This document shows, piece after piece, positions 1 through 8,900 of a DNA stretch of 64,000 bases. Under the pieces are notes generated by a model that worked only from the letters and a program-made list of their open reading frames with translations, made no database searches and was not told where the DNA came from. The stretch covers positions 2,336,001 to 2,400,000 of the forward strand of contig OY760907.1 of the NCBI GenBank assembly GCA_963664195.1, written 5' to 3'. The stretch is from an uncultured candidate division Zixibacteria bacterium. Lineage in GTDB: Bacteria; Zixibacteria; MSB-5A5; GN15; FEB-12. Every line of letters starts with the position of its first letter. The first letter of the stretch is position 1. Position numbers and translations under genes: made by a program.

Positions 1-1
1 T

Positions 2-3000
2 GATGCTGTCGGTGATACCTGGCAGACTGAAGTTACACCGTTCTCCGATACGGAGACCGGAACGAGCGTAATGTCGAATGTCGTCACTATTATTCCGACC
101 GCGCCGGTGTTCAGTTCTGCGGCAAATGTGGTTGGAATCGCGGGTCAGCCCTACGTGTACGATGCTGAGGCCGACGGCGGTCCGTACCCGACGTTTGCGC
201 TCAATTCCGGTCCGGCTGAAATGACGATTGATGAGACGACCGGCGTACTGTCCTGGTCGCCGTCGGTCGTCGGGTCATACAGCGTTTCGATTGAGGCCAC
301 CAACAGCGAAGGATCTGCTACGCAGGACTTTACTGTCGTTGTCTCAGACCCTTCGGTTGGACTCGACAACCTCCAGTTGCAGGCTGACGGCGATGGTGAT
401 CTGCAGTCGTCGCACGATCTGACACTGGGAGCCACGACATCAGCTACGTCCTGGTATCGCAACGGTCAACCGATGATGTCTCTGTATCTGCCTTTTGAAG
501 GTGGCACAGACGCCAGCGGCAATGATAACAGACTGAGGGATCTGTCGGGCAACGATATCCCCATTTCCACTTTCGGGAATCCCGTCTGGGACCCCAACGG
601 CGGGCATGACGGCGGCGGAGCCTACACTTTTGACGACTTCAGCTACATTGAGTGTGGCAATACGTTCCCTACTCTTTCTTCGTACACGAAGACAATCTGG
701 TTCTATCACACGGCCGGTCGCAAGTACCAGCACATGCTTTCCGGCAGAGACCACTCTTCGAATTCAGGTCACGGATTGCGTGTTGCATTCGATGAGAGAC
801 TCAGTGCCGGGCAGAACGGTGACTGGAAGATTGTTGAGTCCGAGGCTGGACTCATTGAGCAGAACCGATGGTATTTCGGTGCCGTGACGTTTGATTATGC
901 AACCGGCGAAATGATTCTGTATCTTGACGGTGTACCCATCGATACTGCAATCGTCGAGGCAAGCCGGATGGACGTAACCGATGCCGGGCTTCAGATTGGC
1001 GCCACTCGCAACGAGTTCGCCTGGGAGGGTAACCTCGATGATGCCCGCGTTTACGACTTTGTACTCACACCCGAACAGATCGCGGCCATGGCCACCGTGG
1101 ATGGCAAAAACACGATTGTTGCAGAAGAAACAACCGACGGTGATATCTGGCAGTCGAGAGTTACGGCTTACTCAGCGAACGAGGCCTCCGCTGAATTCGT
1201 TTCCAATGAACTTACCATAGGTGCGCTCAACCAGCCACCGACGCTGGCGGCGATTGGTGCGCAATCGGTGAATGAGGGCCAGACCCTTGCGTTTACTGTG
1301 TCTGCTTCGGATCCGGATCTGACCGTCCCGACCTTGTCGACCTCAACTCTGCCTGCCAACGCCACGTTTGTCGATAACGGCAACGGCAATGGCAGCTTCT
1401 CGTTTACGCCGTCCTTCGATCAGGCCGGAACGTTCAGCGTGACGTTCTACGCGACCGACGGTATGGCGACCGATTCTGAAGAGGTTGCGATTGAGGTGAC
1501 CAATGTCAATCGTCCGCCGGTTCTGGCTGAAATCGGCAGTCAGACTGTCGCTGAGGGTTCGGTCCTTGACGTCACTATGACCGCGAGCGATCCCGACGGT
1601 GAAACCGTTGTGCTATCAGCCGTGGACGTTCCCGAGAACGCCATGTTTGTTGACAATGCCGATGGCAGCGGTGATTTCAGTTTCATGCCGGGCTTCCTTC
1701 AGGCCGGTGAGTACGATGTCTGGTTCCGCGTCTTCGACGCCGCACTCGAGGGCGATTCGGAACTGGTTCATATAACAGTCACTGATACTCCGCAGAATGC
1801 TCTGTGGACTGCTACGATACGTGCGCAGGGCGAGACGGTCGGAACTGCTGTCTCGACATCCGCCGTGATCCTCGGCACTTCCTCTGAGGTCGTGACCACC
1901 CCGATGACGCCCGCGCCGCCGGAGTACACGACCAGATTGCAGCTGGTCGGTCAGGACGGTATTGAGTCGCTCTATCGCGATGTCCGAATGTTCGGTGAAG
2001 ACTGCAACTACTGGACGATCGATCTTGACCCGCACGGAAATGCTGGCGCTCCGACTCCGGCTCGATGTGCTACCTTGAGTTGGGACCCGCTGGAATTCAG
2101 CCCTGATAACAATTATGTCCTCAGGGAAGGTATTGACCCCGATGGTCCGATCGTGGTGGCTGACATGAGAAGCACGACTTCATTTGAAGTCTGTGACGTG
2201 CAGACCTCACGCTACTACACCGTTCACTGGATTTCCGGCGATTGCGGTGCTTCAACCTGGGCAACCTTGAATCTGGATGCCGGCTGGAACCTGGTATCGC
2301 TGCCGGTGGTGCCCTCATCGACTGAATTGACCGACATCATCCCGACCGCCGAAGTGGCTTTTGAGTTCGACGGCGAATATCAGGAAGTTACGACGTTGGA
2401 AACGTGCGTCGGCTACTGGGTCAAAGTACCGGAGGCTGTGAGCCTTGTCCTCTCCGGCATTCCGGTTACTGATTGTTCCGCAGACGTGACCGAGGGCTGG
2501 CATCTGATTGGTGCTCCGAACTGCAGCGCTACTCCGCTTACGACTCCGGGAGGAGCGCTGTCGGCGATGTACGGATTCGACGGTTCGTATCAGGCGGTTA
2601 CCGAGGCTTTGCCCAACAGCGGCTACTGGGTGAATCTGAGTACTGCTTGTAACCTGGAAGTTGGCTGCAGCATCCCTGCTGCTGCCCCAGCGGCTCTCGC
2701 GTTGAGTGGCTCAGATCGATTGGTCTTGACGGCCGTGCGTGAGGCTGTCGGCGCCATCTCAGCCGCCAGTGTGGAACTGGGTGTTGCCGCTGAGTCCTCG
2801 ACTCTTCTGTCGCCACCCGAGGCTCCGGAATACACGGTTGGTATGAGACTGTATCGTGAAGGATGGGACGGTCCGTATTATCGCGACGTTCGCTCGACTG
2901 ACAATGTCACCGAGAGTTGGACACTCGCGATCAACCCGACCGGCAACGAGCCGGGACAGGGCGAGCGTACGGCGATGCTCTCCTGGGATCCGGCGAGTAT

Positions 3001-3439
3001 CGGCGAGTCGGAGTACCGACTAGTAGAAGGAACCGATGGTGACGGTCTGGTCATAGTCGAAGACATGAGCCTCGTCTCGAGCATTGAAGTCTCCGGAGAC
3101 GACCGGGATCAGTTCTTCACTATCGTACGGACGGCGCCCAAGGACGCTCCCGGATTACCGGGAGACTTCGCTCTCAACCAGAACTACCCGAATCCGTTCA
3201 ATCCCACGACCACTATCAGCTTCAGTCTGCCTGAGGCCTCGGATGTCGTGCTGGAGGTTTTCAACATCACCGGTCAGAAGATCATCACTCTGACCAATTC
3301 ATTCCACGAAGCCGGCACTCATCAGGTTGAATGGACCGGCGAGAATGCTTCCGGTGCCCAGGTCGCCAGTGGCATCTACTTCTACCGAATTCAGGCGGGA
3401 TCGAATTCCGAAACGCGGAAGATGGTCCTGTTGAAATAG
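2..3439 (+). CDS. Large secreted modular protein, 5'-truncated by the window: Ig-like (He_PIG/cadherin-like) repeats, LamG-like jellyroll, a duplicated unknown domain, C-terminal T9SS type-A/FlgD-Ig-like sorting domain
   Basis: Frame is open from position 2 (DAVGDTWQTEVTPF...), so the true start lies upstream. LamG motifs (WYFGAVTFD...LYLDG...WEGNLDDARVYD), NQPPTLAAIGAQSVNEGQTL cadherin-like repeats, C-terminus FALNQNYPNPFNPTTTISFSLP...ASGIYFYRI...KMVLLK. Confidence 0.85.
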   Translation, partial: DAVGDTWQTEVTPFSDTETGTSVMSNVVTIIPTAPVFSSAANVVGIAGQPYVYDAEADGGPYPTFALNSGPAEMTIDETTGVLSWSPSVVGSYSVSIEATNSEGSATQDFTVVVSDPSVGLDNLQLQADGDGDLQSSHDLTLGATTSATSWYRNGQPMMSLYLPFEGGTDASGNDNRLRDLSGNDIPISTFGNPVWDPNGGHDGGGAYTFDDFSYIECGNTFPTLSSYTKTIWFYHTAGRKYQHMLSGRDHSSNSGHGLRVAFDERLSAGQNGDWKIVESEAGLIEQNRWYFGAVTFDYATGEMILYLDGVPIDTAIVEASRMDVTDAGLQIGATRNEFAWEGNLDDARVYDFVLTPEQIAAMATVDGKNTIVAEETTDGDIWQSRVTAYSANEASAEFVSNELTIGALNQPPTLAAIGAQSVNEGQTLAFTVSASDPDLTVPTLSTSTLPANATFVDNGNGNGSFSFTPSFDQAGTFSVTFYATDGMATDSEEVAIEVTNVNRPPVLAEIGSQTVAEGSVLDVTMTASDPDGETVVLSAVDVPENAMFVDNADGSGDFSFMPGFLQAGEYDVWFRVFDAALEGDSELVHITVTDTPQNALWTATIRAQGETVGTAVSTSAVILGTSSEVVTTPMTPAPPEYTTRLQLVGQDGIESLYRDVRMFGEDCNYWTIDLDPHGNAGAPTPARCATLSWDPLEFSPDNNYVLREGIDPDGPIVVADMRSTTSFEVCDVQTSRYYTVHWISGDCGASTWATLNLDAGWNLVSLPVVPSSTELTDIIPTAEVAFEFDGEYQEVTTLETCVGYWVKVPEAVSLVLSGIPVTDCSADVTEGWHLIGAPNCSATPLTTPGGALSAMYGFDGSYQAVTEALPNSGYWVNLSTACNLEVGCSIPAAAPAALALSGSDRLVLTAVREAVGAISAASVELGVAAESSTLLSPPEAPEYTVGMRLYREGWDGPYYRDVRSTDNVTESWTLAINPTGNEPGQGERTAMLSWDPASIGESEYRLVEGTDGDGLVIVEDMSLVSSIEVSGDDRDQFFTIVRTAPKDAPGLPGDFALNQNYPNPFNPTTTISFSLPEASDVVLEVFNITGQKIITLTNSFHEAGTHQVEWTGENASGAQVASGIYFYRIQAGSNSETRKMVLLK

Positions 3440-3486
3440 CTTTCATACACACAGATTCCTTCAATCGATAGGAATCGCACAATACG

Positions 3487-3523
3487 CGGGCGGCAGAACA
3501 GACTTCTGTCGCCCGTTTCTTTT
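3487..3523 (+). terminator. Rho-independent terminator
   Basis: Stem CGGGCGGCAGAA / TTCTGTCGCCCG followed by TTTCTTTT, downstream of the stop at 3439. Confidence 0.75.
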
Positions 3524-3798
3524 GTGTGGACTGCACGTGTCAATTCGTGTCATACGTTGCTTCTCGAAAAGAGTGTTTTTGCCTCGTCTCAAGGCATTTT
3601 CACCGGGTCCAATCAGGGCTTCAATTTCCGCTTTTATGTTGGAAATACGCCCTTTCTTGTTATATTGAAATGATATCAAGGATACATTAATAGCGACAAC
3701 AGTGTCGCCCTGTGCGACCTGCACGCTACTCGCAGTACAACTGCACGACCTGTAAACAAATCTGGTTTTCTATTTACTACACTATAGGAAGGGTTCCT

Positions 3799-5706
3799 AT
3801 GTCCAAAGCATTAACGATTGCATTACTGGGAGTATTTCTGTTTGCCTCTCTGGCCTTCGGCGAGAGAGTGGAAGTCAGCGCGACGTATGACGATGTCGAC
3901 GTGACGGTTGAGCAGTCGAACTCCTCCCGGACGGTCCTGCGGTTTGACGTGGGCGCGTTCGAACAATCTCCTCTCGACATAAACGGCGAGACGTACCAGC
4001 AGGTCAGCATCGACCGCGAAGGCATCCTGCTTTACAAAGGCGAGCCGCAACTGCCGCGTTTGAGCCGGAGTATCATCATTCCGGACGACGCCCGGATGCA
4101 GGTGAAAGTGATCGACGCGGAATACGTCGACTACGAAAACGTGCCGGTTGCTCCGTCGAAGGGCAGCATCACCCGTGACATCGATCCGGAAAGCATTCCG
4201 TACGCGTTTGGCTCGGTCTACGAGAAAGACGAGTTCTATCCGTCCGAACTGGCGAATATCCGCGACCCGTTCATCATGCGCGACTACCGTGGTCTGGTAG
4301 TCGATGTCAACGCCTTCCAGTACAACCCGGAAACGAAGACACTTCGTGTCTATACTTCGGTGACGGTGGAAGTATTTGCTGACGGTCCGGCGAGGATCAA
4401 TGCGTTCACCAGTGATATGTCAGCCAAGACGTTGACCCCGGATTTCGATCTAGTGTACGGTCGTCGTTTTGTGAACTACGCAAATCAGTCGAAGTACACT
4501 TCGCTTGGTGAGGCGGGCGATTTGCTGATTATCACGTACGACGCGTTCCATGACGCGATGCTTCCGCTGGTAGAGTGGAAGATGCAGAAGGGTATCAAGA
4601 CGACGTTGGTGGATATCTCGACGATCGGCAACACGACGACGGCGATCGGCGATTTCATTGCGGACTTCTACGACAGCACGAATCTGGCGTTTGTGCTGTT
4701 GGTCGGCGACTACGCCGAGGTGACTTCGCCGAGTTCTTCCGGCGGTGCTTCGGATCCGACCTACATGAAGCTGGTTGGCTCCGACGATTACCCGGATGCT
4801 TTCATCGGTCGTTTTTCGGCTGAGTCTATTTCAGATGTCGAGACGCAGGTGGAGCGCACGATAGCTTACGAGAGCAGTCCGGTGGTGGGTGACTGGCTTC
4901 ACAAGGCCGCCGGTGTGGCTTCCGCGGACGGCACGGGGCATAACGGTGAGTACGACGATGACCACATGGACCTGATTCGCGACGATCTTCTTGGGTTCAC
5001 GTATACGTCGGTGGATCAGTTGTACGCCGCCAACGGTGTCACGGATGCGGCGGTGGCTGCTGCCCTGAACGAGGGGCGTTCGCTGGTCAACTACACGGGT
5101 CACGGCGACACGCAGGAGTGGGTGACGTCGGGATTCAACAACGCGGACGTGAACGCTTTGACCAATGTCGATATGCTGCCGTTTATTCTGAGCGTTGCGT
5201 GTGTGAACGGAGAGTTCGACGGTCCGACGTGTTTCGCCGAGGCGTGGCTTCGGGCGCAGCACAACGGTGAGCCGACGGGTGCGGTTGCGACGTTCATGTC
5301 GTCGATCAACCAGGACTGGGTGCCGCCGATGGACGGTCAGGATGAAATGGCCGACCTGCTGGTAGCGCAGGCGAAGGTGACGATGGGTGGAGTCTGCTTT
5401 AACGGTTCGGCGAAGATGATCGAGCTTGATGCGGGCGGCGACGGAGTGAAGAACGCCGACACGTGGCATATATTCGGAGACCCGTCCCTGCTGCTTCGCA
5501 CGGACACGCCAGCCGATCTGACCGTGACGCACGCGGCGATCATGCTGTTTACGGACACGCATTTCGACGTGACGGTAGCGGGTGAAGAGGGCGCACTTTG
5601 TGCCATCTATCATGACGGCACGCTCTACGGCTCGGCTTACACGGACGGCACGGCGGCCTGGCGAGTATCCCGTTCACGGACCAGCTTCCGGTGGGTGAGG
5701 CTGTGA
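3799..5706 (+). CDS. Gingipain-like C25 cysteine peptidase, N-terminal part (signal peptide, C25 propeptide, catalytic domain); frameshifts near 5650 into the next ORF
   Basis: ATG 3799 after AGGAAGG; signal peptide MSKALTIALLGVFLFASLAFG; VLLVGD, IGRFSAES, catalytic NYTGHG and SVACVNGEF, WHIFGDPSL. The last ~18 residues look out of frame. Confidence 0.88.
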   Translation: MSKALTIALLGVFLFASLAFGERVEVSATYDDVDVTVEQSNSSRTVLRFDVGAFEQSPLDINGETYQQVSIDREGILLYKGEPQLPRLSRSIIIPDDARMQVKVIDAEYVDYENVPVAPSKGSITRDIDPESIPYAFGSVYEKDEFYPSELANIRDPFIMRDYRGLVVDVNAFQYNPETKTLRVYTSVTVEVFADGPARINAFTSDMSAKTLTPDFDLVYGRRFVNYANQSKYTSLGEAGDLLIITYDAFHDAMLPLVEWKMQKGIKTTLVDISTIGNTTTAIGDFIADFYDSTNLAFVLLVGDYAEVTSPSSSGGASDPTYMKLVGSDDYPDAFIGRFSAESISDVETQVERTIAYESSPVVGDWLHKAAGVASADGTGHNGEYDDDHMDLIRDDLLGFTYTSVDQLYAANGVTDAAVAAALNEGRSLVNYTGHGDTQEWVTSGFNNADVNALTNVDMLPFILSVACVNGEFDGPTCFAEAWLRAQHNGEPTGAVATFMSSINQDWVPPMDGQDEMADLLVAQAKVTMGGVCFNGSAKMIELDAGGDGVKNADTWHIFGDPSLLLRTDTPADLTVTHAAIMLFTDTHFDVTVAGEEGALCAIYHDGTLYGSAYTDGTAAWRVSRSRTSFRWVRL

Positions 5707-8609
5707 CGTTGACGGTGACGAGTTTCAACGGAATGCCGTACATCACGACCGTGCAGGTAATCGCTCCTTCCGGCCCGTATGTGATTCTACATTCGGCTAG
5801 CACGATTGACGATGCCGCCGGCAACAACAATGGCATGGTGGATTTCGGAGAGAGCATCGTTCTCGGCATGCAGCTGAAGAACGTTGGTCCGGACGACGCT
5901 CTTGACGTCAACGCGACCATCGCCACCGCTGACGGTTACGTGACGATCACCGATGACACCGAAGCCTACGGCACAATCGCCGGTGACTTTGGTCTCAGCA
6001 ACATCGCCGACGCCTTTGCGTTCGACGTTTTGCCGAGCGTCCCTGACGGCCACGTCGTCACGTTCACTCTGACCGTAACCGGTACGGCGCGGGATACGTG
6101 GGAAGGTACTTTCACCATCCCGGTCCACGCTCCTGAAATCGGTTATGTGTCTGTATCCATTGATGACGCTCTTGGTGGCGACGGCAACGGTATTCTTGAT
6201 CCGGGTGAAACGGCTGACATTATTGTCACTGTTGAGAACTCCGGTTCGGGCGATGCCTTTGGTGTCGAGGCCTACCTGAGCGAGTCCGATTCGTACGTCA
6301 CGATTGACGATGACTACGGTCTGTTCGGCGACATCGCCGCCAGTGCTTCGGCGTCTAACGCCGGTAACGTGTACACGGCCACGGCCGACGCAGGCTGCCC
6401 GATGGGTCACGCAGTGTCGGTTGATCTGGCTCTGTCCACAACCGGTGGTTACACGACCACACTGAACTTCTCGTTGACGGTAGGTGACCGGGTGGTCTTC
6501 TACTTCGACGATTTCTCGGCCGATCTCGGCTGGACCGGTCTTGGCGGTGACGCTGAGTGGCAGATAGGTGAATGTATCGGCGGCGGCACGACCGGCCGTC
6601 TCGATCCTACCGAGGATCATACTTCCAGTTCTGACAACCGGGTACTGGGTAACGATCTGACCTCGGCCGGTTTGTACAGTTCGGGTCTCAGTGAGACTTT
6701 CTGGATCTACTCGCCGGTGATCGACTGCGCCGAGATGACAGGGGTGGAGATGCGCTACTGGCACTGGCTGGGTTGTGAGTCCTCGACTTATGACCATGCG
6801 CATTTTGAGGTATTCGACGGCGAGAACTGGGTAAACCTGTTCTCGAACAGCGCCACGAACCAGGAGACCGCCTGGGCGGAAGAGTTCTACGACATGTCGG
6901 CCATCGCGGACAACAACCCGGGCTTCCAGATGCGCTGGGGTCTAGGCTCGACCGACGGTTCGGGAGAGTACTCCGGTTGGAACATTGATGATATCGAGTT
7001 GAAGGGATACAGCGGCAGTGGTTCCGCTTCGATGAGCTTTGCTCCGGCCGTTCTGGTTGACAGCCTTCAGCCCGGTGAATCCGGTGAGCAGTCGATCCGC
7101 GTGTACAACACGGGCGATGGCAGCCTTGGAGTCTGGTTCTCGACCAACGATGCCTGGTTGAACTTCGCCTACGACAAGGTAACGGTTCCTGCCGGTGATA
7201 GTGTCGACGTAGTCGTGACGATCCAGACGACCGGTCTGCTTGGTGGTGATCATGTTGGCGCGATGAACTTTACATCAAACGACAACTCGAATGCCAGCGG
7301 CAGTGTCCCGGTGCAGTTGCACGTGTACTCGCCGAAGATGGAGATCGCAGAGACGAGCATTGAGCAGCGTGTGTCTCCGGAAGAGACGGCGACATATGAG
7401 CTGGTCGTGACGAACAGCGGTCCGGGTAACCTTCTCTATTCGGTAGGTTGCCAGATGGATATGAAGGCCAACGGTGTTGCCGCAGTTCAGGAGACCGCAA
7501 CGCCTATCGGCTACCGCGCAACCGATCCTGACAAGGGTGGTCAGCAGGAGCCGTTCTATGATACCCAGACGAAGGGATCGGGCGGTCCGGATGCCTACGG
7601 TTACACGTGGATAGATTCCGACGAAGCTGGTGGTCCGGTGTTTGGCTGGATTGACATTTCGACGTTGGGCACGGAGATCACGCTTAGTGATGACAACTAT
7701 GCTCCGTCGTACGGATCGCCTTTGGCGATCGGCTTTGACTTCCCGTTCTACGACAGCCTGTACAGTGCGTTGTACATCGGCTCGAACGGCTTTATTTCGT
7801 TTGATTCGGGTTACGGTCGGGCCTCAGGCGGTCCTCTTCCTGATGACAACTTCAAGTCGTACATAGGCGTGTGGCACGATGACATTGATCCTCCAGAAGT
7901 CCCGGGTCATGTGTACTATTACCATGATGCGGCTAACGGTCGTTTCATTGTCAGCTACGACCATGTGCGCAACTATGTGAGTCCGGCCGGGACCGGCGAC
8001 CTGTCCTTCCAGATTCTTCTGTACGCGAACGGGCAGATCACGTTCCAGTACGACACGATGGATCCGGGTTCAGACACCGAAGGTCTGAACAGCGCCACAA
8101 TCGGAATTCAGAACTCAGCCGCAAACGATGCGTTGCAGGTTCTGTATAACGCGGCGTACATGCACGACCAGTTGGCGATCAATATCGGCGCCGCGTCGTG
8201 GCTTTCGGCCGAGCCGGCGAGCGGCACGGTTGAACCGTACGGCACGCGGACGGTGCACGTGAACTTTGACGCCGCCGGTATGGAGCTTGGTGACTACACC
8301 GGCTCGGTAGTGTTCAACTGCAACGACGGTGACACGCCGACAATGTCGCTTCCGGTAACGATGACGATATCTGCCGGTTGTTGTTCCGGTCCGTCGGTGG
8401 GTAATGTGGACGGCAGTGTTGACGAGTTGGTGACGATGAATGATCTGACGGTTCTGATCGACCATCTATTCATCAGCATGGATCCGCTGGTTTGTCCGGC
8501 CGAGGGCAATACGGATTTGAGTGCCGATGAATTGGTGACGATGAGCGACCTGACGGTACTGATCGACCACCTGTTTATCAGCCTGGATCCTCTGCCGCCG
8601 TGTCCGTAA
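5691..8609 (+). CDS. C-terminal continuation of the C25 peptidase: Ig/CARDB-like, jellyroll (MAM/cleaved-adhesin-like), BACON-like and nidogen-like domains, terminal dockerin
   Basis: No signal peptide or RBS; this frame upstream of 5691 reads GGLASIPFTDQLPVGEAVTLTVT, a natural continuation of ...GSAYTD. Motifs DGNGILDPGET, GWNIDDI, GGPDAYGYTWIDS; dockerin at the end. Confidence 0.85.
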   Translation: MGEAVTLTVTSFNGMPYITTVQVIAPSGPYVILHSASTIDDAAGNNNGMVDFGESIVLGMQLKNVGPDDALDVNATIATADGYVTITDDTEAYGTIAGDFGLSNIADAFAFDVLPSVPDGHVVTFTLTVTGTARDTWEGTFTIPVHAPEIGYVSVSIDDALGGDGNGILDPGETADIIVTVENSGSGDAFGVEAYLSESDSYVTIDDDYGLFGDIAASASASNAGNVYTATADAGCPMGHAVSVDLALSTTGGYTTTLNFSLTVGDRVVFYFDDFSADLGWTGLGGDAEWQIGECIGGGTTGRLDPTEDHTSSSDNRVLGNDLTSAGLYSSGLSETFWIYSPVIDCAEMTGVEMRYWHWLGCESSTYDHAHFEVFDGENWVNLFSNSATNQETAWAEEFYDMSAIADNNPGFQMRWGLGSTDGSGEYSGWNIDDIELKGYSGSGSASMSFAPAVLVDSLQPGESGEQSIRVYNTGDGSLGVWFSTNDAWLNFAYDKVTVPAGDSVDVVVTIQTTGLLGGDHVGAMNFTSNDNSNASGSVPVQLHVYSPKMEIAETSIEQRVSPEETATYELVVTNSGPGNLLYSVGCQMDMKANGVAAVQETATPIGYRATDPDKGGQQEPFYDTQTKGSGGPDAYGYTWIDSDEAGGPVFGWIDISTLGTEITLSDDNYAPSYGSPLAIGFDFPFYDSLYSALYIGSNGFISFDSGYGRASGGPLPDDNFKSYIGVWHDDIDPPEVPGHVYYYHDAANGRFIVSYDHVRNYVSPAGTGDLSFQILLYANGQITFQYDTMDPGSDTEGLNSATIGIQNSAANDALQVLYNAAYMHDQLAINIGAASWLSAEPASGTVEPYGTRTVHVNFDAAGMELGDYTGSVVFNCNDGDTPTMSLPVTMTISAGCCSGPSVGNVDGSVDELVTMNDLTVLIDHLFISMDPLVCPAEGNTDLSADELVTMSDLTVLIDHLFISLDPLPPCP
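8379..8609 (+). repeat. Dockerin-coding module (76 aa, two internal EF-hand-like repeats, CC...C...CP), copy 1
   Basis: [26 protein letters not shown] / [26 protein letters not shown]; 60/76 aa identical by manual alignment to the copy at 16685-16915. Confidence 0.85.
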
Positions 8610-8675
8610 TCTGTTAGATTGATACCGGTTGGGTGACTGTCCAAACGACAACACTCAACCAGAGAGATCGATACC

Positions 8676-8712
8676 AACCGGCCGCCCCATACAGGGACGG
8701 CCGGTTCCTTTG
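8676..8712 (+). terminator. Probable intrinsic terminator
   Basis: AACCGGCCG...CGGCCGGTT stem followed by CCTTTG. Confidence 0.6.
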
Positions 8713-8747
8713 TGAGGACGTGAATTTGATCAGATGATACACAGAGC

Positions 8748-8776
8748 TTGCGCACTGGGGGAATATCCTCTATACT
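8748..8776 (+). promoter_or_regulatory. Putative sigma70 promoter of the DUF3857 gene pair
   Basis: TTGCGC-N17-TATACT. Confidence 0.45.
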
Positions 8777-8900
8777 CTGAGGACGGTCTTGTCCACGTAA
8801 GGGATTGACAATGCCCGTAAGACACACAGCAATGAACTCCGCGACCGGTGATCAGAGCGATTGATCTCCGCTTATGGAAAAACCGACATGGGGAGGTATC

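Noticed and set aside
3712..3798. Upstream start extensions in the ORF track (3712, 8874, 18958, 32975, 44068, 45506, 51325, 59924)
   Set aside because: Downstream starts have better RBS, signal-peptide position or stop/start overlaps.
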